Shown: positions 36,680 through 43,942, numbered from the stretch's first letter. The stretch: DNA of 44,205 nt from a virus (IMGVR_UViG_3300043443_000124:1-44205); one strand, 5' to 3'. The notes: generated by a model from the sequence alone, not told the origin. Program-made: numbers and translations.

Positions 36680-36857
36680 TAGGTGGGATGCTTTTTACCA
36701 CCAGGGCCTAGCTATTACGGTTCCAGTAGATCCGCTTTTGAGCCCACATGACGTTTGTCCGCTAAGACGATCCGCTAAGATCCGCCACTGCCTTACCTGC
36801 CCCATATAGCTTTGCAGGTTATTCAGCCATACTCCAGATCTCCCGTCGGATTTCTGT
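36680..36857 (-). ncRNA. Structured noncoding RNA candidate (possibly related to the manA RNA motif)
   Basis: No long ORF. Own extended -10 (TGTTAGGAT near 36865-36873) and own terminator. Stems ACCTGC/GCAGGT, GATC-TTAGCG-GATC, GTC-TTAGCG-GAC and GGTGG/CCACC. The family link is from memory only. Confidence 0.6.
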
Positions 36858-36879
36858 TGAGAATATCCTAACACAAGGT

Positions 36880-37476
36880 TTAGCTATTTGTTGGCCATTT
36901 TTCATTTAAAGCTGAAAAAATTTCTCGAGTGTAGTCAAAAGCAATAATTGCCTCGTCGATAAACTTTTGATAATCCTCTGGAGCGATTAGAGTGTCCAGA
37001 TTCTCTCGGTACGTTTCCTTGTAGCGGACGCGATCTCCGATGTCATCGAAGTCGTAGAAGGATAGGAAGTTTGGCGGAATCGAAAGGTTGCGTGCAACGA
37101 GCGTTCCTATTGCCTGACCTCCTGAGAGGTCTCCGAGGTAGCGGACGTAGTGGTGCGCAAGAATGCGTACCTCGTCCTTCTTCTGAATAAGCTTGTTGAT
37201 GTGACGAACGTACTTTATTGTTTCGTTGAGAACAATCCTGGTTCCGATGTACTCAAGGTCGGCAATGATTCGCTCAAAGCGGTCAAGGCGGCGATCGAAA
37301 AATGGCAGCTTGCCTTCCCACTTTTCAATGGCTTCATATATTGGAGCAAGCTGAGCTAGATAGTCAAAGTATGCCTCTGATGGCAAATCACCCTTCATCA
37401 GAGCAACCATAAATGGACTGCGCTCAGCGGCAGCGTGAGCATCTTTAGATGCCTCGCGAACTGACTGAGAAAGCAT
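36880..37476 (-). CDS. Heme oxygenase (HO-1/HmuO family, biliverdin-producing)
   Basis: Proximal His in HAAAE, IYEAIE, signature AHHYVRYLGDLSGGQ, FYDF and FIDEA..AF. Confidence 0.93.
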   Translation of the reverse strand: MLSQSVREASKDAHAAAERSPFMVALMKGDLPSEAYFDYLAQLAPIYEAIEKWEGKLPFFDRRLDRFERIIADLEYIGTRIVLNETIKYVRHINKLIQKKDEVRILAHHYVRYLGDLSGGQAIGTLVARNLSIPPNFLSFYDFDDIGDRVRYKETYRENLDTLIAPEDYQKFIDEAIIAFDYTREIFSALNEKWPTNS

Positions 37477-37507
37477 AGGTAATCCTTACTGGTTTAGGGG
37501 GAATTAG

Positions 37508-37518
37508 ATTCTACCACA
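37508..37518 (-). promoter_or_regulatory. Extended -10 promoter for heme oxygenase
   Basis: Minus strand TGTGGTAGAAT about 30 nt upstream of the ATG, followed by an AAGGA ribosome-binding site; a variant of the GGTAAAAT element. Confidence 0.6.
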
Positions 37519-37520
37519 AG

Positions 37521-37571
37521 TAAAAGACGCGGGCCCGATCGAGAATTCCCAATCCAAAGCCCGCGCCTCTT
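37521..37571 (-). terminator. Terminator hairpin downstream of katG
   Basis: Minus strand AAGAGGCGCGGGC...GCCCGCGTCTTTT with additional inner pairing. Confidence 0.7.
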
Positions 37572-37633
37572 ACAGAGAGTTACGACCACGTGTCGCGGTG
37601 ACACCAATCGTTCATGCCTCTAGGTGCAGTCTA

Positions 37634-39820
37634 CTAGAACTTGTCTAGTGTTGTCAACTTATACCAGACCCAAACGAACTCGTCAACGAACTTCTCTAGC
37701 GCGTCGTCTGAAGCGTAAACCTCAGCGAGTGCACGTAGAACTGAGTTCGAAGCGAAGACTAGGTCTGCGCGGGTAGCGGTCCACTTGCGCTCTCCGTTGA
37801 AGTAGGAGTGCGAACCGTAGACGCCCTTCTGGTCAGCCTTTGGAGCCCAAGCAATGTTGATATCCAAAAGGTTACGGAAGTAGGAGTTGTCTAGAACACC
37901 AGGGGTCTCAGTGAGCACACCGTGCTTGGTGTCTCCGTGAGTTACGCCTAGTACACGTAGACCACCAACAAGAACTGTCATCTCTGGAGGAGTCAGACCA
38001 AGTAGGGCTGCCTTCTCTAATAGTAGACGCTCTGCAGCATCCTCCGTGCCTTCAGGGATCCAGTTAGTGAATCCATCGGCTAGAGGCTTCAGGTAGTTGA
38101 ATGACTCGACGTCAGTCCACTCCTGAGTAGTGTCAGTGCGCCAGTTCTCGAATGGAACTTCGCCTGAAACGCCAGCCAAAGATGCTGCACGCTCGATAGC
38201 AACGTTTGATCCAAGAATGATCAAATCAGACTTGACCAACTTAACGCCAGTGTCAGTAGCAATCTTTTCTAGAGTTGCTACAACCTCGTTGATCTCGTCA
38301 GCGTTGTTTGACTCCCAGCTAATCTGTGGCTCAAGTAGGACGCGTGCGCCGTTAGCACCACCGCGCTTGTCCGAGTTACGGAAAGTCGAGATAGCAGACC
38401 ACGCTGTGCGGATCAACTTAGGAGCAAGCTCTGGGTTGGAGTTAATTGCCTGAAGAATACCAGCCTTGAGCAGGTATAGCTCTGGTGCAGAGACTATCTG
38501 TACCGAAGTCTCTCCAATAACTGGATCCTGCCAAATTAGATCTTCAGTAGGAACCTCTGAGCCAACATAGCGAGAACGTGGGCCCATGTCACGGTGAGTT
38601 AGCTTGAACCAAGCGCGTGCGAATACCTCTGAGAAGTAGTCGAAGTCTGCAAGGAACTTCTGGCAGATAGCGTCATACTTCTCGTCACCGAAACGTAGAG
38701 CTAGGTCAGTAGTTAGCATGCGAATCTCAACGTAGTCGTTCTTCAGGTGAGCATGAGGAGCTAAGTGAATCTCGTCTGCTACTGGCTTCCACTGCTTGGC
38801 ACCAGCTGGAGACTCTTCAAGCTCCCACTTGTCGTACTCGTAGATCATCTTTAGGTAGTCGTTATCCCACTGAGTCGGGTTTGGAGTCCAAGTAACCTCT
38901 AGACCAGAGGAGATGGTATCTTCCGAGTGGCCCTTGCCCTGTGAGTTTGCCCAGCCAAGACCAGCCTGGTGGATGTCTGCACCTTCTGGCTCCTTGCCAA
39001 CCTGTGAAGCATCGCCAGCACCGTGAGTCTTACCGAAAGCGTGACCACCAGCAATCAGAGCAACAGTCTCCTCGTCATTCATTGCCATACGGCCGAATGT
39101 CTCGCGGATATCTGCAGCAGCTAGCTTGAAGTCTGGGTTGCCATCTGGACCTTCAGGGTTTACGTAAATAAGTCCCATCTGAACTGCAGCAAGAGGGCCC
39201 TCTAGAGTTTCTGCACCGCGTGACTCGTCGTAACGCTTGTTTGCTAGCCACTCGGTCTCTGAACCCCAATAAGTGTTGTCTGGCTCCCAAACATCTTCAC
39301 GTCCGCCAGAGAATCCATAAGTCTTAAGACCCATGTCCTCAAGTGCAACGTTACCTGCAAGGATCATCAAGTCAGCCCAGCTGAGCTTCTTGCCGTACTT
39401 CTGCTTAACTGGCCAAAGTAGACGGCGAGCCTTGTCTAGGTTTACGTTGTCAGGCCAAGAGTTAAGTGGCGCGAAACGCTGTAGACCCTGACCGCCACCT
39501 CCGCGACCGTCAGTTGCACGGTAAGTTCCCGCGCTGTGCCAAGCCATGCGAATAAAGAATGGACCGTAGTGGCCGTAGTCTGCTGGCCACATCGGGTGAG
39601 AAGTCTTCATAATCTCAGTGATATCGGCCTTAACTTGAGCCAAGTCTAGAGATAGGAATTCCTTCTTGTAGTTGTAGTAATCGTTTAGAAACGGATCACT
39701 CTTCTCCGAGTTGTGGGTAAGAGCATCAGTAGTTAGCTGCTCTGGCCACCACTTAGTTGTGTTGGTAGTTCCCGTAACGTTAGACGCTCCGTGCGGAACT
39801 GGGCATTTTTCTTCTGCCAA
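37634..39820 (-). CDS. katG: Catalase-peroxidase, full length with both domains
   Basis: WPADYGHYGP, distal RMAWHSAGTYR, SWPDN.NLDKARRLLWP, MGLIYVNPEGP, FGRMAMNDEET, proximal GGHAFGKTHG, TDLAL, WFKLTHRDMGP and C-domain SDKRGGANGAR. TTG start with GGAGAGGA. Confidence 0.98.
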   Translation of the reverse strand: MAEEKCPVPHGASNVTGTTNTTKWWPEQLTTDALTHNSEKSDPFLNDYYNYKKEFLSLDLAQVKADITEIMKTSHPMWPADYGHYGPFFIRMAWHSAGTYRATDGRGGGGQGLQRFAPLNSWPDNVNLDKARRLLWPVKQKYGKKLSWADLMILAGNVALEDMGLKTYGFSGGREDVWEPDNTYWGSETEWLANKRYDESRGAETLEGPLAAVQMGLIYVNPEGPDGNPDFKLAAADIRETFGRMAMNDEETVALIAGGHAFGKTHGAGDASQVGKEPEGADIHQAGLGWANSQGKGHSEDTISSGLEVTWTPNPTQWDNDYLKMIYEYDKWELEESPAGAKQWKPVADEIHLAPHAHLKNDYVEIRMLTTDLALRFGDEKYDAICQKFLADFDYFSEVFARAWFKLTHRDMGPRSRYVGSEVPTEDLIWQDPVIGETSVQIVSAPELYLLKAGILQAINSNPELAPKLIRTAWSAISTFRNSDKRGGANGARVLLEPQISWESNNADEINEVVATLEKIATDTGVKLVKSDLIILGSNVAIERAASLAGVSGEVPFENWRTDTTQEWTDVESFNYLKPLADGFTNWIPEGTEDAAERLLLEKAALLGLTPPEMTVLVGGLRVLGVTHGDTKHGVLTETPGVLDNSYFRNLLDINIAWAPKADQKGVYGSHSYFNGERKWTATRADLVFASNSVLRALAEVYASDDALEKFVDEFVWVWYKLTTLDKF

Positions 39821-39832
39821 TTTAGTCCTCTC

Positions 39833-40048
39833 CTAGTTGTCGTTCTTTAGGTGTGCGCAAACTGCACGCGCAATAGTGTCGGCAAACATTAGCTGCTGCT
39901 CTTCAGTGGAGTTGAACCATCCACCAACCTTTGGAAATTCCAAGGCTTTTGCATTTCCCGAAAGAATTTCATTAACTCGAGCTGCAACAAGAAGTGCAAA
40001 ACGCTCTTGCTGTAATTCTACGTTGTATTGGTCGATAAGTTCCTGCAT
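39833..40048 (-). CDS. Hypothetical protein
   Basis: 71 aa; coupled to the upstream HTH gene (TAATG) and ends 12 nt before katG. Confidence 0.6.
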   Translation of the reverse strand: MQELIDQYNVELQQERFALLVAARVNEILSGNAKALEFPKVGGWFNSTEEQQLMFADTIARAVCAHLKNDN

Positions 40049-40638
40049 TACTGGTTATCCTCGATCACTCGGTTGTCTTTAATAATCGGCTGGTAAACCT
40101 TGGACTTTGCAGTCTTTGGTTGAATGTACCCGTAGCGAGCCAAACGGAAGCGAATGGCACCATGAGTAATTCCAAGTCGTTTCGCCAAACGGTATAGCGT
40201 AACGCCTTCAACAGTTCGAGCATAGTTAAGCAGTGCAGTGTACTCCTCTGCTTCTGCTCGGTACTTAGATCCGTTCGCTCGAACCTGCTGTGCGTATGGT
40301 TGTAGCTCAAGCAAGCGGGCGAGAGTTTCTGGAGAAGGCTCGATATATTCGCGTGGCTGCTTCTCTGCAATAACTGGCGGCTCTGGGATCTCCACCTCAA
40401 GCGGGCCGATCAGATCTGCTGGCAACTTAGCAGCAGAGTTAGAAATCTGGCGAACGCGCTCTCTAGTGAGGCCACTGGCGTTTGAAATCGCTTCATATGT
40501 CCAATTAGCATCAACCAGCTCTCGAATTAGTCGATCTCTGCGGAAATTATCCGTGATCATCTCGAACTGCGCGTTAATGCTGTCTGGTAGGCGCTGGTTT
40601 TTCTTGATGTACTTCTTGTCGTCGCTTGTGGTAGTCAT
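40048..40638 (-). CDS. Double helix-turn-helix DNA-binding protein
   Basis: WTYEAISNASGLTRERVRQI (sigma region-4-like HTH) and VTLYRLAKRLGITHGAIRFRL. Confidence 0.75.
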   Translation of the reverse strand: MTTTSDDKKYIKKNQRLPDSINAQFEMITDNFRRDRLIRELVDANWTYEAISNASGLTRERVRQISNSAAKLPADLIGPLEVEIPEPPVIAEKQPREYIEPSPETLARLLELQPYAQQVRANGSKYRAEAEEYTALLNYARTVEGVTLYRLAKRLGITHGAIRFRLARYGYIQPKTAKSKVYQPIIKDNRVIEDNQ

Positions 40639-40659
40639 TTTTCTCTCTTTATGCTTGGG

Positions 40660-40953
40660 CTATCGGATGAAGCGTTTCTTACCGATGTTGTTGTTATCCT
40701 CGATAAGTACAACACGGTAGTCTTCAGATGTCAAGTTTTCGATATCGGATCCAATTCGAACGTCCGTAACGTGAACCATAGATTCAATCAGTGAAACCAT
40801 GCGCTGAACTTCATCAGTTTCAGCATGCTCTGGACACCAAATCTCTACGGCGCAGTCGGTCATATCAAATAGTCCGCTGGTAGGAAGGATTTCCCTAAAG
40901 TCGTCATAGTTAGTAACGCTGAGGGTTCTACTGCGTGGCATCAATTTATTCAT
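40660..40953 (-). CDS. Hypothetical protein
   Basis: Start moved to ATG 40953 (MNKLMP), which overlaps the end of the upstream small membrane gene. Confidence 0.55.
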   Translation of the reverse strand: MNKLMPRSRTLSVTNYDDFREILPTSGLFDMTDCAVEIWCPEHAETDEVQRMVSLIESMVHVTDVRIGSDIENLTSEDYRVVLIEDNNNIGKKRFIR

Positions 40954-41113
40954 TTGTCTTTCTCTGTGTGTTGCCTTGAATTTCAACGTCATTGAAGTCA
41001 TCTGGTGCTCCAAGGATGATGATCAAGGATGCTATAGACGTAATCAGAAATACTACAAAGAGTAGAACTGTAACGCCAAAAATGATGCTAAAGATTACGT
41101 CTTGCGGGCTCAC
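40946..41113 (-). CDS. Small membrane protein (55 aa, one long hydrophobic segment)
   Basis: Translated by hand from GTG: MSPQDVIFSIIFGVTVLLFVVFLITSIASLIIILGAPDDFNDVEIQGNTQRKTNE. Confidence 0.55.
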   Translation of the reverse strand: MSPQDVIFSIIFGVTVLLFVVFLITSIASLIIILGAPDDFNDVEIQGNTQRKTNE

Positions 41114-41118
41114 GGGTA

Positions 41119-41286
41119 TCAGTAATCAGATCTGCGGGGCGAAAGCACCGCGAACGTTACGGAGGCGAGGCCGAGAGCTAGTGTCAGATATGGAGCGATA
41201 AACGCCGATATTACTGAAGCAATAGCAAAGGCAACGGCAATAACCGAAGTCCAGACTATGGAACGAAGGAAGAGATAAAGGCGCAT
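41119..41286 (-). CDS. Small membrane protein (55 aa, two predicted TM helices)
   Basis: Translated by hand: MRLYLFLRSIVWTSVIAVAFAIASVISAFIAPYLTLALGLASVTFAVLSPRRSDY; GAGGA ribosome-binding site; starts 2 nt after the previous stop. Confidence 0.65.
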   Translation of the reverse strand: MRLYLFLRSIVWTSVIAVAFAIASVISAFIAPYLTLALGLASVTFAVLSPRRSDY

Positions 41287-41288
41287 GT

Positions 41289-41495
41289 CTAGTCCTCTCT
41301 GTTAGCGCGGTAAATGGTTGAGTTTTTGTGCTCAGGGTATACAACGCCAAGAAGAGGTCCAGGGAGGTTCTTCTTGTGTTGGCGAATGCGTCGAACCGTA
41401 CGGAGGTTGGTGACCAAACGACTTGCAACTGGTGCTGCAATAATCGCTACGATCACCAACCATCCGACGATCGGGATCAAGGTTTCAAAATTCAT
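41289..41495 (-). CDS. Small membrane protein (N-terminal TM helix, basic tail)
   Basis: 68 aa; hydrophobic segment LIPIVGWLVIVAIIAAPVA followed by an Arg/Lys-rich region. Confidence 0.6.
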   Translation of the reverse strand: MNFETLIPIVGWLVIVAIIAAPVASRLVTNLRTVRRIRQHKKNLPGPLLGVVYPEHKNSTIYRANRED

Positions 41496-41510
41496 ACCGC
41501 TAGCATAACA

Positions 41511-42221
41511 CTAGTAGCGGATATATGCAACCTTGTTATTTTTTCCTGCGAATTTGTCGACTGATTCAAGAACGGTGTCCTCGCCACGGTTCTTTGCGTG
41601 GATCATAAACCCGCCACCAACGTAAATACCTACGTGGTATGCGCTCTTAGATCCTTTGTAGGTGAATGCGACTATATCACCTGGGATAGGGGCGTCTACT
41701 ACTTTTCCGCCATTGGCCTGTGCCGATGCGCGGTGCTCAAGGTAGTAACCCTTGTACTGTTTGTAGAACCACATGACAAGACCTGAGCAATCCCATCCTG
41801 TCGGTCCAACACCAGAAAGAACGTACGGAGACTTTCCAACGTATGTGTGGAGCTTTGTAATAAGCGCGTCTACGTTTTCGTACTTCTCAAACTCAGCCTC
41901 GATCTCTTCGATTTTTTGGTCGATTCGTTCGTCAGCTTTTTCGAGCTTGTCTTCTAGTGTGTCAACCTGGAGTTCGAGCGAGTACTCGCGCAGAGTAACT
42001 GGTCTAGCTCCAAGTAAGGTTTCCAGCTTGTTGCTAGGAACCTGCATCTTTACTGCTGCGGCGGGAACTACTCCGCCTGGTGGCATTGCATATGCCGAGC
42101 TTTCCGTGCTCGGAGTTACTGCGCTTGCCGTTAGCATCAGGAGAACTGATGCTGTTATGTAGTGGAGAAAAACGTTTGGTCTTTTATTTCCACTGCGGGT
42201 TTCGGTTGTGTTGTTCTTCAT
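41511..42221 (-). CDS. Secreted NlpC/P60 cell-wall peptidase
   Basis: N-terminal signal or TM segment, coiled coil, then PYV.SG..P.GWDCSGLV, PGDIV, HVGIYVG and MIHA (Cys-His-His triad). Confidence 0.9.
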   Translation of the reverse strand: MKNNTTETRSGNKRPNVFLHYITASVLLMLTASAVTPSTESSAYAMPPGGVVPAAAVKMQVPSNKLETLLGARPVTLREYSLELQVDTLEDKLEKADERIDQKIEEIEAEFEKYENVDALITKLHTYVGKSPYVLSGVGPTGWDCSGLVMWFYKQYKGYYLEHRASAQANGGKVVDAPIPGDIVAFTYKGSKSAYHVGIYVGGGFMIHAKNRGEDTVLESVDKFAGKNNKVAYIRY

Positions 42222-42277
42222 TGGCGGCCTACCTTTCCTTATTGAGAGTAATTTCTCAGCCGTTATTGAGTAGTGAC

Positions 42278-42307
42278 ACTGTAGCCTGCTCCCTGCAGAC
42301 GTGTCAA
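42278..42307 (-). promoter_or_regulatory. Sigma70/SigA-type promoter for the NlpC/P60 operon
   Basis: Minus strand TTGACA-18 nt-TACAGT. Confidence 0.65.
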
Positions 42308-42340
42308 ATTGACTTGATGTTCTTCTTTCTGTGAGGGGGC

Positions 42341-42868
42341 CTAGAGAATGACCCGTTTATACATTGCTCGGTACGTAACTCCTGCAGCCTCGGCGAGCTC
42401 TCGGATTGAGACATTTCGTGAGTGGAGATCTTTGCATAGCTCAGTGAGTCGCTGGTTTGCGACTGCTGGGGCTGATGTGGATGCCATTCGGGAACGGAAT
42501 GTGCGTGCAAGGGGTGCCAGTTGCTTAATATCCTCAAGGGTCCTGTTGGGGATCCCTGGGGAATTACGTTTCTTCTGGTAGCCGCCTTCTTCTGAACGTT
42601 GTTTTGGTGTCGGAATAGGGGCGTCTATTACTTCTGTACCGCTCTTCTCTTGAGAGGATGCCTTCAAAACCCAGCTGCGGATCGTAGTTCGTGGACGCTT
42701 TGGCGAGAGTGCTTCACCTATACACTGCAAGGACCAGCCTGCTGTGTAAAGGGCGTTCACTCGCACAATAAGGGCGTCCGCGCTAAGCGAATTGAGAAAC
42801 TCGACCTCTTGGGGAGGAAGCTTCTGCCCACGTGCTGCTGTTCGAGACATTTTTCTATTGTAGGGCAT
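42341..42868 (-). CDS. Double helix-turn-helix DNA-binding protein (paralog of 40048..40638)
   Basis: WSLQCIGEAL...RTTIRSW and VSIRELAEAAGVTYRAMYKR. The true start may be ATG 42850. Confidence 0.72.
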   Translation of the reverse strand: MPYNRKMSRTAARGQKLPPQEVEFLNSLSADALIVRVNALYTAGWSLQCIGEALSPKRPRTTIRSWVLKASSQEKSGTEVIDAPIPTPKQRSEEGGYQKKRNSPGIPNRTLEDIKQLAPLARTFRSRMASTSAPAVANQRLTELCKDLHSRNVSIRELAEAAGVTYRAMYKRVIL

Positions 42869-42869
42869 T

Positions 42870-43550
42870 TTTAGGGGCGTTTTTGATTTGGACGTAATTT
42901 TTTGAAAAAATTTTTGAAAATTTTTAGGGCGAAAAGAAAAAGGGGGGTAGGGGCGTTTTTTAAAAAGAGGGGGGTGTACAGAAGAGGAGGAGTTAGTACC
43001 TTAACGTCTACTGCTTTTGACGGGTGAGAGAGCAGCGGTATGTTTTCGGGTGCTCGCAATTTGTTTCCTAAAATCAAGGGGGTCTTGTCAAAACTTGTCT
43101 AGGGGTTCTTGACAAAATGTTTCAACCCTTGATTGAAAAAAATATTTATTTTTTCTAGGTTGCTTAGGTGATAGAGCCTAGGGGGGTCTAGGTCTAGGTC
43201 TATCTATCTATCTAAGTGTCTAGGTCTTACTAGGTGTCTATGTCTATCTAGCCCTTGCTAGGGGCTTGTAGGGGCTAGAAACCTGTCTAGGTGTCTGATA
43301 CTAGGAAGATAGGCAAAAGCCTTCCTAGGGGCGTTTACGGGCTGTTTAGGGCTATAAGTGTGTAGCAACTCTGGAAGGTGTGCCTGCCCTGCCTAGATTA
43401 TTTAATGCCCCCTGCCCCTAGTTGTCATAGCCAATAGCACTCAAAGGGGGTGGGGGGGTCTAACTCTAGGGGCTATGGGCAGTATGAGTAGGGCTAGGCA
43501 AGCACTCAATACTGGCTACGGCAAAGCCCCTAATTACCTATTTACGGCAA
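42870..43550. repeat. Noncoding low-complexity region with homopolymer tracts, nested inverted repeats and CTAG/CTAT tandem repeats
   Basis: TTTTTGAAAA twice, AGGGGCGTTTTT twice, AATCAAGGG/CCCTTGATT enclosing TTGTCAA/TTGACAA, and TCTAGGTCTAGGTCTATCTATCTATCTA; no credible ORF. Confidence 0.65.
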
Positions 43551-43555
43551 CGGCA

Positions 43556-43586
43556 AAGAAAAAACCCCCAGCCAAAGGCTAGGGGT
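43556..43586 (-). terminator. Intrinsic terminator
   Basis: Minus strand ACCCCTAGCC-TTT-GGCTGGGGGT followed by TTTTTCTTT. Confidence 0.8.
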
Positions 43587-43600
43587 CTTAGGTGGGTGGG

Positions 43601-43867
43601 TTAGCCCCAGATAACTGGAACCCCCAAAGCCTTAGCCTCTCGGGCTACACCAACCAACTGAACGAACCGCATAGCGTCAAGCCCGTTGCCTAGCCCTGCG
43701 TAGCAACGCTTCTCGAACTCAACGGCAGAGCACTCGCCAACGCAAGCGTCTGAAAAGTCGGTGTCGGCAAGGAAGCCCATAGCCTCAAGAACTCGACCTG
43801 CGTTTAGGTTCGAGTAGTTAGCCTCGAGAGTAGCGACCTCGGCATCTGCGTAGAAAGAAACTGACAT
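43601..43867 (-). CDS. Small hypothetical protein (88 aa)
   Basis: Start moved to ATG 43867 (MSVSFYAD) with GAAGGGG upstream; has its own promoter and terminator. Confidence 0.65.
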   Translation of the reverse strand: MSVSFYADAEVATLEANYSNLNAGRVLEAMGFLADTDFSDACVGECSAVEFEKRCYAGLGNGLDAMRFVQLVGVAREAKALGVPVIWG

Positions 43868-43914
43868 TTGAAAAACCCCTTCGGTTGAACCCCAGCCCCT
43901 TGCTGGTTGACACC

Positions 43915-43942
43915 AGCCTACACCAATTACGGCAAAAGTCAA
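43915..43942 (-). promoter_or_regulatory. Promoter with a TTTGCCGT repeat in the spacer
   Basis: Minus strand TTGACT-TTTGCCGTAATTGGTG-TAGGCT. Confidence 0.55.

Noticed and set aside
36731-36785. TCCGCTAAGA repeats as a mini CRISPR array
   Set aside because: The repeats are only about 10 nt with almost no spacer and are better explained as RNA hairpins.
36680-36857. tRNA or tmRNA gene
   Set aside because: No cloverleaf, no GTTCRA T-loop, no CCA acceptor end and no tag reading frame found.
36880-39820. katG and heme oxygenase as host chromosome flanking a prophage
   Set aside because: Phage-type genes lie on both sides on the same strand with tight spacing, and there is no integrase, att-like junction or housekeeping gene. 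Read-level confirmation is still needed.
41126-41440. 104-aa minus-strand ORF
   Set aside because: It overlaps two better-supported membrane-protein ORFs in other frames.
42222-42277. c-di-AMP (ydaO) riboswitch ahead of the NlpC/P60 gene
   Set aside because: The leader is only about 50 nt and lacks the consensus; only small hairpins are possible.
415-42874. Many plus-strand ORFs of 60-160 aa in the ORF track
   Set aside because: All lie antisense to well-supported minus-strand genes and give Ser/Ala-rich shadow translations with no motifs.
42871-43077. 68-aa minus-strand ORF
   Set aside because: It runs through homopolymer tracts, has a biased K/F/P/L composition and no ribosome-binding site; probably spurious.
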